Assembly: GCA_030754595.1 (NCBI GenBank)
Contig: JASLZZ010000129.1
Span: 45,184-109,183, forward strand
Length of the DNA stretch: 64,000 nucleotides
DNA from: Nitrospinota bacterium
GTDB taxonomy: Bacteria; UBA8248
Reading direction: 5' to 3'
Shown here one piece after another: positions 1 to 10,029 of the stretch (positions within the stretch are counted from its first letter, which is position 1; each line of letters starts with the position of its first letter). Below the pieces are notes generated by a model that was given only the letters and a program-made list of their open reading frames with translations, had not been told where the DNA came from and did no database searches. Position numbers and translations under genes: made by a program.

Positions 1-846
1 TGTTGCCGCCACCTGACGGCCGGCAATTCGGCCACGTGTTCAAGACCGAGAAGTGGCCAGTCCGGCTCACCGCGTTCAAACGAAATCAGAAATTCCCGGT
101 GGTCATCTGGCATGCTGCCAATCACGGTGTCAATTGTCGCTTCTCTTGCCGCCAGCAACGCGTCCAGTGTGACCGGCCGGTCTGTCATCCCGGCAAAGCC
201 GCGCTCATATTCAAGGGAAATGTCTTTACGCCTCGGCGCAGCGACTTCATGCATCGGGCGGTCATGGCTGAGCAGGTAGACGATGAAGGCACGCCGGAGA
301 TTGTCATCAATGCCTTCATTGGCTAACAGGCCACGCATATCAAAAAAATCGCGTGGATGCTGGCGGTTGAGGGCAGCCACGATTTTGCCGCCATAAAGGT
401 CTGCGAAAGAAACCACCTGGATTTCGGCAAATCCGAACGTCTTTTCAACGGCAAGGGAAACGGTGCGCGTCTCCGGCTCGAAGGCGCAGCCGCGTAAGAC
501 AGGTGTCACCTCGATTGTGATCCGAACGCCGTTGCCACGCGCGAACAGTTTCGTCACTGCCCCTTCCTTGTTGGGGCTTGATGTGGTGAGGTCTTTTGCC
601 GGAGATACAGACTGCGCCACTTCGGCTATCCGCTTCATCGTGGTGCCAATCGCCGCCAGCGACTCCTCACAGGATTTCACGGGCAGGTAGGTCAGGGTCA
701 ATGTCCACCGACAGGCGTGGCATGTTTCGGACAAACAGATTGATGGCCGTGCCGCCCTTCAAGGCAAAGCAGTCCTCATCTGCCACAAAGGGCAATAAAC
801 GGACCAGGAGCGTGACCTGTCTGCGGTATTGATCATTAAACGGCAC
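1..846 (-). pseudogene. abiEii: AbiEii-type nucleotidyltransferase toxin (type IV TA), frameshifted; 3' end runs off the window
   Basis: Manual translation from GTG 846 (GGAGG RBS upstream) gives MPFNDQYRRQVTLLVRLLPFVADEDCFALKGGTAINLFVRNMPRLSVDID. An extra base in GGG 695-697 then leads to a stop at 667-669. The shifted frame reads LTYLPV just after the shift and WPLLGLEHVAELPAVRWRQ at the window edge. KGGTAINL and RLSVDIDL are AbiEii motifs. Confidence 0.85.
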
Positions 847-1681
847 CCAGATCCTCCGGCACGGTTATCCGGTGGACCGGATCAAACTTCCCGCCACGCA
901 CCAGCATGCGATCGCCTTTGCCGAGATCGACGGCATTCCGGTCGATCCTTTTGAGCCAGGCGGGTGAATGGCGATCAGCAAAGAAAAAAAACAACCGCTT
1001 TACCTTGACGCTGTGGCAATCGCTGAGAAGCTTTTGTAGTCGATTGGGGCTGAGACTGGCCAGTCCTTCAACCAGCTTGTCAACCACCTGGAAACTTTCT
1101 CGGTTTGGCAGATCATCGAGAAGCTCGAACAGTGCGCGCTCCGACGTCGAGACTGTCAGCGGCCAGTCCCATTGGCCCCAGGGCAATACATTCAGGCCGC
1201 CATGTATGAGATCGGTGCTCACGCTTTCATCGGTCATGACGTTCCAGTTCAAGCTGGCGAGGCCGCGCGTTACCGGGTCGTTGCGGAACAGCCGCGTGCT
1301 CTTGTGGAAGATAAAGCGTTGATTGAAAGGCAGTTTTCCCATCCAGGCGGGCAGAGGTTTTTGCCCATAAAGATGGACTTCCCGTTGTTCCTGCAAAAGA
1401 AAATGCGCATAGCCCTGAAGCTCCAGAGCCGTCCGGCCGCCGACAACGACGGGAAATTCGAGCATTGTCTGAAGGGAGATCACTACCTGTTCCCAGCGCA
1501 AATTACCCCGGCACCGTCGGAACACGCTGCGGGCAGGCTGTTCCAGCCAGCCCGCAGCGAGATACTGGGAGCGCAACGAAGTCGAATAGCCGTGTTTAGT
1601 CAGCCAGGCGGCCGTGACTATCAGTCCCTCGGGGATTTGCTGGTCTAACCACTTTAATTTTGATGTATTTTGCTTAGTCAT
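836..1681 (-). CDS. abiEi: AbiEi-family type IV TA antitoxin / transcriptional regulator
   Basis: 281 aa with VVGGRTALELQGYAH, STSERALFELL, KVKRLFFFFA and DLGKGDRML; overlaps the start of the AbiEii gene. Confidence 0.88.
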   Translation of the reverse strand: MTKQNTSKLKWLDQQIPEGLIVTAAWLTKHGYSTSLRSQYLAAGWLEQPARSVFRRCRGNLRWEQVVISLQTMLEFPVVVGGRTALELQGYAHFLLQEQREVHLYGQKPLPAWMGKLPFNQRFIFHKSTRLFRNDPVTRGLASLNWNVMTDESVSTDLIHGGLNVLPWGQWDWPLTVSTSERALFELLDDLPNRESFQVVDKLVEGLASLSPNRLQKLLSDCHSVKVKRLFFFFADRHSPAWLKRIDRNAVDLGKGDRMLVRGGKFDPVHRITVPEDLGAV

Positions 1682-1780
1682 ACTATAGAAAATAGCATAT
1701 TTTCAAAGAACAGCCGGGGATTACTTTGAATTAAAATAAATTTACTTAGCCAAACTATGTAAATTCGTTTACTTTTAAAG
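1669..1780. promoter_or_regulatory. Two imperfect 40-bp direct repeats over the abiEi start and promoter (putative autoregulatory operators)
   Basis: tttgcttagtcatactatagaaaatagcatattttcaaag (1669-1708) vs tttacttagccaaactatgtaaattcgtttacttttaaag (1741-1780), 29/40 identical, in an AT-rich stretch. Confidence 0.5.
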
Positions 1781-1897
1781 TTAGTTATTTTGACATGCTA
1801 TCCTAAGAAAGATGCGCAGATCGGACGGAATGATGCCTTTAAAATATTCCAGCGCGAACTATAAGTTCCCTCAAAATCATTGATTGTTTCCAAAACC

Positions 1898-2058
1898 CTA
1901 AACTTTTCGGATGTCCCTCAGCTTCGCCTCGAATTCCGGTTTGTCGATTTCGCCTTTGGCATAGCGCTTTTTCAGGATGTCCGCGGCAGTATCTCCGCCG
2001 CTAGAGGGTGAGATGGAACCGCCCGAGCCGCCCAGAGCCAGCGGACGAGGACGACGCA
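1898..2058 (-). pseudogene. Remnant of a small SHOCT-domain membrane protein
   Basis: Minus strand reads GGSGGS...DTAADILKKRYAKGEIDKPEFEAKLRDIRKV*. A VVLVRWL transmembrane end lies just upstream in another frame, and no intact N-terminus is seen. Confidence 0.55.
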
Positions 2059-2109
2059 CCTCCCTCGCCCGGCAGGAGTTGCCCTTTGGCTGAAGCTGGC
2101 TCTGCCGTC

Positions 2110-2505
2110 TCAGGGAAGCGGCACAATCGCCTCGATCTCGACGAGGAACTCGGGGGCGGCGAGGGCCGAGATGATGAGCAGGGTGTTGGCGGGCGGGTCG
2201 CCCTTGAAGAATTCGCGGCGGACGGCGCCGACGGCGGGGCGGTCGTCTACGTTGGTGATGTAGACGGTGGTCTTGGCGATGTCCTCCATGCGCCCGCCGG
2301 CGCCCTCGACGACGGCCTTCAGGTTTTCGAGGACCTGGCGGGTCTGGCCCGCGGCGTCGCCGACGCAGACGATGGTGCCCTCCTTGTCGCGGGCGGTCTG
2401 GCCGGCGACGTAGAGGGTGCGCCCGGTTTCGACGATGACGCCGTGGGAGTAGGTGTTGCCGGCGGGCTCGAATACGCTGGGGGGCTGATAGGTTGTGCGT
2501 TTCAT
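2110..2505 (-). CDS. RidA/YjgF family protein
   Basis: 131 aa with YSHG, LYVAGQ, QTRQVLENL and LVEIEAI. Confidence 0.92.
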   Translation of the reverse strand: MKRTTYQPPSVFEPAGNTYSHGVIVETGRTLYVAGQTARDKEGTIVCVGDAAGQTRQVLENLKAVVEGAGGRMEDIAKTTVYITNVDDRPAVGAVRREFFKGDPPANTLLIISALAAPEFLVEIEAIVPLP

Positions 2506-2921
2506 GGCGTTTTCTCCTTCCCCTAGCAGGGGGGCATGGCCCCCCTGCGGGGGGATTTTGGGTGGGAGCGCCTAGCGGTGCTCACCTTTCGCTGCCCACG
2601 ATATGATAAAGCCACCTTTGAGTAGATTTCGCAGGTCGATGCCGTTCGCAGGGCCTATGCCCTTCCGCAGGACCAGCTAACGCTGCCCAAAGTAGTTGAA
2701 TATCTTTTCTACGCTGTCTGCCAGGGCTACGCCATCTCCGGTGGGGTGTGTGCCGCCCGCCGGGCTTTTGGCACGCCGTCCGCAGAACTATGCCGTCCGC
2801 TGGTGGGAAGCACGCTCCCCCGTCTGCGCAGGACCAGTTGGCGCTGTGCCCGATAGCGCTGTGAACATTATTCACTAGCCAATCTGGCGAGTTCCCACAT
2901 TTCACAAGTCTACGCCGTCCG

Positions 2922-3296
2922 CTAAAACACTTTGCCGGTGGCGTCGGCGGCCGGGCTTTTCATGATGATGGCGGTCATGGGGGCGCCGAGGGCGGCGGTC
3001 TTGTGCTCGAGGCCCGAGGGGATGTAGGCGAGGGCGCCGGGGAACAGCTCCTGGCGCTCGCCATGGGTCTCGGTGTAGCCCCGGCCCTCGAGGACCCAGA
3101 TGACCTCTTCCTGGCCCGGATGGCTGTGGGGTTCGTGGGGGGTGTCGGGATCGTACTCGGTCACCCCGACGCGGATGTGCTCGGCGAGAGCGAGTCCGGG
3201 GCCGGTGGCGGTGGGCCCGACGAGAATCTTGGAGCGGCCCCAGGCGACCGGGGCGAAGGGAACTTTGTCAATCGTAACCATTTTTTTATCAGTCAT
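2922..3296 (-). CDS. Cupin-domain protein
   Basis: HSHPGQEEVIWVLEGRG and PGALAYIPSGLEH cupin motifs. Confidence 0.88.
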   Translation of the reverse strand: MTDKKMVTIDKVPFAPVAWGRSKILVGPTATGPGLALAEHIRVGVTEYDPDTPHEPHSHPGQEEVIWVLEGRGYTETHGERQELFPGALAYIPSGLEHKTAALGAPMTAIIMKSPAADATGKVF

Positions 3297-3378
3297 TTGA
3301 ACTCCGTTTTCAAGAAAATATATGAGCGATGAACCCGGGATATCACCGGATAGGACGCAGGGGCACTCCAGGCCCCGG

Positions 3379-4428
3379 CTAGGCCAGCCGCCGGCGGATG
3401 GCCTCCCCGCACTGGCGGGTGGAGATGCTGCCGCCGATGTCGGCGGTGCGCTCGCCGGCCTCGATGGCCCCCTCGACCGCCCCGCGGATCGAGGCGGCGC
3501 CCGCCGCGCAGCCCAGGTGGTCCAGGAGCAGGGCCGCCGTCAGCGTCGCGGCCACAGGGTTTGAGATGCCCTGCCCAAAGATGTCCGGGGCGCTGCCGTG
3601 GACGGGCTCGAACATCGAGACCCCCCCCATGTTGAGGTTGGCGGAGGGGGCGAGCCCCACCCCTCCCACCAGGGCCGAGGTGATGTCGCTCAAAATATCG
3701 CCAAACATGTTCTCCGTCACAACGATGTCGAAATCCGCCGGATGGCGGATCAGTTCCATCGCCACGGCGTCCACATGCATGGCGTTGGTCTCGATTGTGG
3801 GAAAATCGGCCTTCACCTCCTCCCAGGCCCGCCGCCAGACGGGGCCCGCGAATTTAAGCCCTCCCGCCTTATCGGCCACCGTGACCTTCCGCCTCCCGTG
3901 GCGCTCGGCGAATTCGAAAGCGGCGCGAATCACCCGCTCGACCCCCTTATAGGTGTGAACCTCCTCCTGGAGAGCCACCTCGTCCGGGGTGCCCCGCTTG
4001 AATATTCCCCCCACATTGGCGTAGAGGCCCTCCGTGTTCTCCCGGAAAATCACATGGTCGATTTCGCCCCTTCCCCTGCCTTTGAGCGGCGTGAGGTCTT
4101 CGTGGTAGAGGCGGCAGGGGCGAACGTTGGCGTAGGCATCGAGGCCGTTTCGCATATTCATGATGACCTGCTCCTGGACGATTGAGCCAGGGATTCGCGG
4201 ATCCCCGATGGCGCCTTGAAACAAGGCGTCGAAACCCTCGCAGATGGTTTCGGGGGCGTCCTCGGGCATCCCCCGCCCCTCTCGCAGGTAGCGCTCGCTC
4301 CCCCAGTCGAAGTGCGTGAATTCGATGGGAAATGAGGCGGCCGCCGCCGCTGCGAGAAGCGTCTCCTCCGCCTCGGGCATCACTTCGTTCGCAATTCCGT
4401 CCCCGCGCACCACCGCTATTTTGACCAT
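3379..4428 (-). CDS. Isocitrate/isopropylmalate/tartrate dehydrogenase family (LeuB-like)
   Basis: GDGIANEV, RENTEGLY, NMFGDILSD and FEPVHGSAPDI. Confidence 0.92.
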   Translation of the reverse strand: MVKIAVVRGDGIANEVMPEAEETLLAAAAAASFPIEFTHFDWGSERYLREGRGMPEDAPETICEGFDALFQGAIGDPRIPGSIVQEQVIMNMRNGLDAYANVRPCRLYHEDLTPLKGRGRGEIDHVIFRENTEGLYANVGGIFKRGTPDEVALQEEVHTYKGVERVIRAAFEFAERHGRRKVTVADKAGGLKFAGPVWRRAWEEVKADFPTIETNAMHVDAVAMELIRHPADFDIVVTENMFGDILSDITSALVGGVGLAPSANLNMGGVSMFEPVHGSAPDIFGQGISNPVAATLTAALLLDHLGCAAGAASIRGAVEGAIEAGERTADIGGSISTRQCGEAIRRRLA

Positions 4429-4594
4429 GAATTGATTCCCGATTGGATGAAAGACGATTGAACCAGTAGGACCGCATTCTGGCAGAGGTCAACACTCCCC
4501 ATCAAGGCCCCAGTGGCTTCCGTAAGAGCCCGCGGGAAGCTATCATGCGGCATTCAAGTCTCTACCGCGAATAATTCAGGCAAGGAGAACTTAC

Positions 4595-5692
4595 ATGGTC
4601 GAGTCCACCCCTCTGCCCGAGGGCACAGTCCGATTTCCGCACGAGATGATCCACCAATTCACCAATGCGGTTTTCCGTTCGAAGGAAATTCCCGACGAAG
4701 ACGCCAAATTGGTCGCCGATGTGCTCACTAGCGCCGACCTGCGGGGAGTCAGGAGCCACGGCGCGGGGAGAATTCCATTTTTCATGGTGCGACTCGAAAA
4801 TTGCGTGATTAACAAAAACCCGAATATGGTTTTCACGCCGGGCAGCGACACGACAGGCGTCCTCGACGCAGACGGCGGACTCGGCATTGTTGCCTCAAAC
4901 CGCGCAATGGACGAGGCCATGGCGCGGGCCGACAAACACGGCTGCGGATTTGTATCAGTGATGAACAGCAGCCACTTCGGCTACTGCGGTTACTGGTCGA
5001 TGAAGGCCATGAAAGAGGGATATATCGGAATCAGCATGACAAACGGTGGGCGCCGGGGGACGGCCACCTACGGGATTGACCCGCTTTTCGGGACAAATCC
5101 ATTCAGTATCGGTATCCCCGGCGGGCCGGGAGGCCATGACTTTCATCTTGACATGGCCACCTCGATCGTTGCCGTCGGAAAAATCGAGACCGCCCTTAGG
5201 GAGGGCCGCGAGGTCCCCAAGGACTGGATCCCCAGCAGCTACGGCCCCCCGAAACTGAACGAGCGAAGCATCCTTACGCACGACGTTCCCGTCCTCCCGC
5301 TGGGTGGTGAGGGCATGGAAGGCGGAGGCCATAAAGGCTATGGACTTTCGCTAATGGTGGAACTCCTCTGCAGCATCCTGTCGGGAGGGAATTTGAAGGA
5401 TCGCATCGCGGGCGCGGCTGGGGAGGCACGGCCCGGTACCGGTCATTTCTTCGGCGCCATCAAGGTCGAGGGATTCCGTGATGCGGCGAGCGTTTTTGGT
5501 CAGATGGCTGAGACATTTGACATTATTCGAAATTCTCGAAAAGAGCCGGGCCAGGACCACATTTATATTCACGGAGAGCCCGAGGCCATCGCCGAGGAGG
5601 AAAACAGACGTATCGGAATCCCAATCACTCCGGCCGTGCTAGAGCAAATCCATTTACTCAACGATCAGTTGCAACTCGGTTTCGAATTATAA
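4595..5692 (+). CDS. Ldh_2 family oxidoreductase (malate/L-lactate/sulfolactate dehydrogenase type)
   Basis: ADLRGVRSHG, SSHFG, GTNPFS, LDMATS and GHKGYGL. Confidence 0.92.
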   Translation: MVESTPLPEGTVRFPHEMIHQFTNAVFRSKEIPDEDAKLVADVLTSADLRGVRSHGAGRIPFFMVRLENCVINKNPNMVFTPGSDTTGVLDADGGLGIVASNRAMDEAMARADKHGCGFVSVMNSSHFGYCGYWSMKAMKEGYIGISMTNGGRRGTATYGIDPLFGTNPFSIGIPGGPGGHDFHLDMATSIVAVGKIETALREGREVPKDWIPSSYGPPKLNERSILTHDVPVLPLGGEGMEGGGHKGYGLSLMVELLCSILSGGNLKDRIAGAAGEARPGTGHFFGAIKVEGFRDAASVFGQMAETFDIIRNSRKEPGQDHIYIHGEPEAIAEEENRRIGIPITPAVLEQIHLLNDQLQLGFEL

Positions 5693-5715
5693 GCGACCAG
5701 CCGAAATCCACGACT

Positions 5716-6336
5716 TTACGATGATGTGGGTATTGAAGCCTTGAGAACACCCTCCAGATACCGAATCATTCCGGGGCCGTCCCACTTGCGGGGCCCGATA
5801 AACTTGCGGATCAATATACCCTTAGGATCGATAACAAAGGTTTCGGGAACTCCGGTCGTCCGGTAAAGTTTTTTCACGCTTCCCCTCGAGTCGAGCAGGA
5901 TCGGAAACGTAATTTCAAACCGATCCACCCACTTCCGGACAGGATCCGCTCCCAAGGCGTCGATGCTCACCCCAAGAATCTCAAACGGAGCGCCCTTGGT
6001 CTTCATCTTTTTGTAAAGGTTTTCCAGGTCGGGCATCTCGTCGATGCAGGGTGGGCACCATGTGGCCCATACGTTAACGAGCACGACCTTCTCTCTGTAG
6101 TCAGTGAGGCTGTCTGTCCCTCCTCCCAACAAGGGGAACGTAAAAAACGGGGCTGGCTTCCCCAGCACCGGAGCGGGAAACCTCGTATCGAGCCTCACGG
6201 GTTCGGTAGTCACCCCCACCCAGAAAGCCCAGATTACCGTAACAACAACAGGCGTCAAGATAATGGCCAGTGCCCTTTTTCGAGCACTTGCCAAATGCTT
6301 TTCGACCTTTGGCTCTGATGTTTGAACTGAATTCAT
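5716..6336 (-). CDS. TlpA/ResA-like thiol-disulfide oxidoreductase (CcmG-like)
   Basis: N-terminal TM, WATWCPPC and GVPETF; last gene of the ccm run. Confidence 0.9.
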   Translation of the reverse strand: MNSVQTSEPKVEKHLASARKRALAIILTPVVVTVIWAFWVGVTTEPVRLDTRFPAPVLGKPAPFFTFPLLGGGTDSLTDYREKVVLVNVWATWCPPCIDEMPDLENLYKKMKTKGAPFEILGVSIDALGADPVRKWVDRFEITFPILLDSRGSVKKLYRTTGVPETFVIDPKGILIRKFIGPRKWDGPGMIRYLEGVLKASIPTSS

Positions 6337-6354
6337 GACCGTCCCGCTGGTTGC

Positions 6355-7035
6355 CTAACCCTTTTCCTTGAGAAGATGAGCGATGAGGTCGAAAGCAGCC
6401 TCACTGTCCCACTCACGGGCTCCCATTCCATATGCCACTACACGCCCCGCCCGGTCGATAAGATATGTCGTCGGCAACGCACGGACCCGGTAAGCCTGCT
6501 TTACCCTGTTTTCGGGGTCCAAAAGAACCTGAAAATTTAGCTTCAGGCTTTCGGTGAATTTCCGGACCGCGTCGGAGTTTCCCAGGTCCACCGAGATGGC
6601 AATGATCTGAAAACCTCTGTCCTTGAATTTATCATAAGCACGCTGCATGGCCGGCATCTCGCGGATGCAGGGAGGACACCAGGTGGCCCAGAAATTCATA
6701 AGGATAATATTGCCTTTATCTTGGCTCAACGACCGATTCTGCCCGTCAAGTGTCTTAAGAAAAAAATTCGCCGCTTCGGTCCGGCCGGCAAGGGGGAGAA
6801 AACTCATCTTCCTGAATAAATCTATTTCACTAGTGCTTGTTTGAGGAGAAGGACCCCACACCGCATGCGAGAAAACATCTTCAAAAGGGCTTACCGCCAA
6901 AACCGTTCCCGTCACCAGGAAAAGAAGAAGCGCCGACAGAACAATCAATCGGTGCCCCCGAGGGCGCCTATCGCGTGGAGACAGACCCTCGACCCTTGAA
7001 GCCAAAACCACTTTGGGATCAAAACGCATCGACAT
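6355..7035 (-). CDS. TlpA/ResA-like thiol-disulfide oxidoreductase
   Basis: NFWATWCPPCIREMP and ALPTTYLID. Confidence 0.9.
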   Translation of the reverse strand: MSMRFDPKVVLASRVEGLSPRDRRPRGHRLIVLSALLLFLVTGTVLAVSPFEDVFSHAVWGPSPQTSTSEIDLFRKMSFLPLAGRTEAANFFLKTLDGQNRSLSQDKGNIILMNFWATWCPPCIREMPAMQRAYDKFKDRGFQIIAISVDLGNSDAVRKFTESLKLNFQVLLDPENRVKQAYRVRALPTTYLIDRAGRVVAYGMGAREWDSEAAFDLIAHLLKEKG

Positions 7036-7085
7036 GTCTCATAAAAAAAAGATGCCGCTCCCAGCCAAAGGGCGCGGTCGAGGCC

Positions 7086-7616
7086 CTAGCTTTCGAACTC
7101 ATCCAGTTCTCGCTGCAGGCGGCTCATCAAGGCATCATCTTGTCCTCCGTTCGAAGTGGGTTCTTTGAAGGCGGCCGATTCCTCATTTTTCCCCTGAGGG
7201 ATTGCCGTCCAGGCTCGGACCAACACAAAAAACACGCCCAATCCGGCCAAAATCCCCGCGAATGGCAAACCCCAGGCTGTTAGATAGAATCCCTCCGCGG
7301 GCGGAGCGGGCAAAACATTTTCCGCGCCGTATACCTCGACGAAGTATTGAAAAATTTTTTCTTTCGACTCCCCCGCCCGTGCCTTTCGGCGCACCAACTC
7401 ACGCAACTGCGCACCTTCGGCGCTGGGGCAGGCCTGTAGAATTTTGCCAGGACAAACAGGGCTCATCAGCGTGTTGACGACTTCCAAATAAACACTATCG
7501 GGATCCTCGGCGGCCCTTCCATTCGTGACAGCCGCTACCGACCAAAATACTGCGGCCGCCAGCACGACGGCGAGACCCACGGACCGCCTCCTTGGAGAAA
7601 AATCTTTATTTCTCAT
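7086..7616 (-). CDS. ccmH: Cytochrome c biogenesis protein CcmH (N-terminal domain type)
   Basis: Signal peptide, LMSPVCPG...ACPS, QYFVEVYG...LPAPP, C-terminal TM; ccm context. Confidence 0.8.
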   Translation of the reverse strand: MRNKDFSPRRRSVGLAVVLAAAVFWSVAAVTNGRAAEDPDSVYLEVVNTLMSPVCPGKILQACPSAEGAQLRELVRRKARAGESKEKIFQYFVEVYGAENVLPAPPAEGFYLTAWGLPFAGILAGLGVFFVLVRAWTAIPQGKNEESAAFKEPTSNGGQDDALMSRLQRELDEFES

Positions 7617-7779
7617 CGGCCTGACTCTCTGGTGATTGAATCCCAGGCGCGGAGAACCCTTTTACGGAGGAGTTAGCCGAAAATTCGGCTTTAAGGCGAG
7701 CCGTTCTGGAGTAAAGGGCCCACCAGTAAAATCCCATCGCACCCAAAACGATTAGATAGGCGGCAGCCACATAGCCCAT
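7606..7779 (-). CDS. ccmD: Heme exporter protein CcmD (57 aa, not in ORF track)
   Basis: Manual translation: MGYVAAAYLIVLGAMGFYWWALYSRTARLKAE...DEK*. Starts right after the ccmC stop and overlaps the ccmH start; Y-V-x-x-A-Y, then TM, then a basic tail. Confidence 0.75.
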   Translation of the reverse strand: MGYVAAAYLIVLGAMGFYWWALYSRTARLKAEFSANSSVKGFSAPGIQSPESQADEK

Positions 7780-8538
7780 TTAGCCCTCCCGCTCGGCGCG
7801 GACAGCCTCGAGGCGCTCATGGAGAACTTCCAGCGCCGTCCGCCGTCTCACAAAGTAGATGAACACAAGAGTAAACGCCAACAATGAAGCCCACAGAGCA
7901 ATGTGCATCGGGGCGGGAAGCTCCCCCATCCCTCCCGACCGCATGATCACCGGACCGGGGTGAAGCGTCCGCCACCATTTTACCGACATATGCACAATCG
8001 GCACGTCGATGAAACCGATGATACCGAGGACGGCCGAGAAACGCGCCCGTTGCTCTTGGTCGGTCATGTAGGAGCGAAGCATAAGGTATGCCACATAGAT
8101 CAACCATAAAATCAGGGATGTCGTCAGCCGCGCATCCCAGGTCCACCACACGCCCCATACCGGGTGCGCCCAGATCGGACCTGTGATAAGGACCAAAGTG
8201 CAGAACACCATGCCGACCTCGGCGCAGGAATAGGCCCGGATGTCGTCGGCCGCGTTTCGCCAAATGAGATAGCGAACAGAGAATATGAACACCAGGAAAA
8301 ACGCGAGGAAGGCAATCCAGGCGGAAGGGACGTGGACATAAAATATCCGTTGCGCCACTCCCTGCCGCGCCGTCGTAGCAATGAAAATATCCGCGTAAAC
8401 GGCGAATGTCAGGGTAGCCACCCCCGCGAGCGCGAGCCAGCGGTTAACATTCTCCTCTCGAGTCCATACGATCATGGCGATAACAAAAAAGGACGCCAGG
8501 AAGATCAATTCATAAAGGCCCAAACGCTCATCCTCCAA
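7780..8538 (-). CDS. ccmC: Heme exporter protein CcmC
   Basis: IFYVHVPSAW, WGVWWTWDARLT (WWD domain) and WWRTLHP. Confidence 0.95.
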   Translation of the reverse strand: MEDERLGLYELIFLASFFVIAMIVWTREENVNRWLALAGVATLTFAVYADIFIATTARQGVAQRIFYVHVPSAWIAFLAFFLVFIFSVRYLIWRNAADDIRAYSCAEVGMVFCTLVLITGPIWAHPVWGVWWTWDARLTTSLILWLIYVAYLMLRSYMTDQEQRARFSAVLGIIGFIDVPIVHMSVKWWRTLHPGPVIMRSGGMGELPAPMHIALWASLLAFTLVFIYFVRRRTALEVLHERLEAVRAEREG

Positions 8539-8625
8539 AAGATCAAGATGGGGAAAATGGCCAAAATCAGAAACTCTCCGAATTTAAAATTTTCCTCGCC
8601 AATCAACCACCGGACATGGCTGCGA

Positions 8626-9309
8626 TCATTCCTCCAAAATATACTCGAACGTCACCGCCGAGGCCGCAATAAAAATCAGATCGTACGCGCCGAGCATCTT
8701 TATCCAGTCGCCCGTATCCGCCCAGCCCGCACCGCCTAAGGCGGCAACTGTTGCTTTAACGGCGGCGATCAGCACCGGAACCAACAAGGGAAACAAAACG
8801 ACGGGAAGCAAGACGTCGCGGATACGCGTCCTAGCGGTCATCGCCGCAAACAGCGTTCCAACAGCCGAAATCCCGATAGTCGCCGCAAAAGCAACAAGGG
8901 CCAGAACTCCCAGATTCTCCCACACCTTCGCCCGGTAAAATACAGCGAGAGCCATGAACCCGACCACCTCCATGACGGCAATCAAAATGAAGATGGAAAT
9001 CATTTTCCCGAAAAAAAGGGCAGAGGGATCTGCCGGAGTCAGCCGCATCGCCGAAAATCCATTACTCTCTCGTTCTATCCCCATCGAACGGGACATACCA
9101 ATCACGGAGGAAAATAAAAAGGCGACCCATAAAATCCCCGCCTGTATGGGCGCCTCCCCCCCACCTAATCCAGGACCGAAAGCAAAGCTGAACAAGGTCA
9201 ACACGAGCAGCGCGAAAACAAGCATAACCAAGAGGCTTTCCCGCGTCCTAAGCTCCACGCGGAGATCTTTTTCAATGACCGCCCAAATAACGGAGAAGAA
9301 AAATTTCAT
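8626..9309 (-). CDS. ccmB: Heme exporter protein CcmB
   Basis: KDLRVELRT, GILW and LLPVVLFPL; highly hydrophobic. Confidence 0.93.
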   Translation of the reverse strand: MKFFFSVIWAVIEKDLRVELRTRESLLVMLVFALLVLTLFSFAFGPGLGGGEAPIQAGILWVAFLFSSVIGMSRSMGIERESNGFSAMRLTPADPSALFFGKMISIFILIAVMEVVGFMALAVFYRAKVWENLGVLALVAFAATIGISAVGTLFAAMTARTRIRDVLLPVVLFPLLVPVLIAAVKATVAALGGAGWADTGDWIKMLGAYDLIFIAASAVTFEYILEE

Positions 9310-10029
9310 TCACCCTCCCTCCCCCAGTGCCGCCGAGACCATCTCGACGGATGTCTCGCAGGAAGGCGCCCGAAGCACCACCTCCCCTTTGGAGAGGACC
9401 ACAACATTATCAGACAAGCTAAGCGCACGCGGAATATCGTGTTCGGTCAGCAAAAAACTCCGGGGAGCGCCGTCTTCGAACCTTCCTTCACCCGAAAAAT
9501 CCCGGAGGATAGATTCCAATCCGGCGGCGGCCACCTGGTCGAGCCCCGCAAACGGCTCGTCCAACAGGAAAAACTCCGGTTCATGGAGCATGGCCCGGGC
9601 CAAAGCCGCCCGCTGGCGAAGACCCTGGCTCAGCGTGTTGATTGGCTCGTTCAGGCGTTCACTAATACCCAGGACCTCGGCAAACCGCTCGCACCGCCCT
9701 GCCACCACCTCCTCTGGAAGACAAAAGAGCCTGGCGAAAAATTCGAGATTCTCTCTCAGTGTAAGGGAGGGGTACATTAGGGGATCGTGCCCGAGGAGTC
9801 CGATTCTCGCCCGATCCCTGGTGGACACTGGGTTTCCAGAGATGAGAACTTCCCCCTTGTTGGGCCGGAGCAGCCCGGAAAGAATCCGGAGAAGGGTCGT
9901 CTTTCCGGATCCATTTGCCCCGAGAAGCGCAACCCGGCTACCCCGCTCAAGGGAAAAATTCACCTCTCGGAGAGCCCACCGCCACCCAAACCGGCGTGAG
10001 ACGCCAACCGCTTCCAGGTTTGCGAGCAT
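9310..10029 (-). CDS. ccmA: Heme ABC exporter ATP-binding protein CcmA
   Basis: GANGSGKTT, LSQG and LLDEPFAGLD; adjacent to ccmB. Confidence 0.92.
   Translation of the reverse strand: MLANLEAVGVSRRFGWRWALREVNFSLERGSRVALLGANGSGKTTLLRILSGLLRPNKGEVLISGNPVSTRDRARIGLLGHDPLMYPSLTLRENLEFFARLFCLPEEVVAGRCERFAEVLGISERLNEPINTLSQGLRQRAALARAMLHEPEFFLLDEPFAGLDQVAAAGLESILRDFSGEGRFEDGAPRSFLLTEHDIPRALSLSDNVVVLSKGEVVLRAPSCETSVEMVSAALGEGG

Noticed and set aside
2582..2905. 107-aa ORF in a lower-GC gap, with a G6/C6 hairpin at 2526-2548
   Set aside because: No family motif or clear RBS. It may be a gene fragment but I cannot support a call, and the hairpin has no U-tract.
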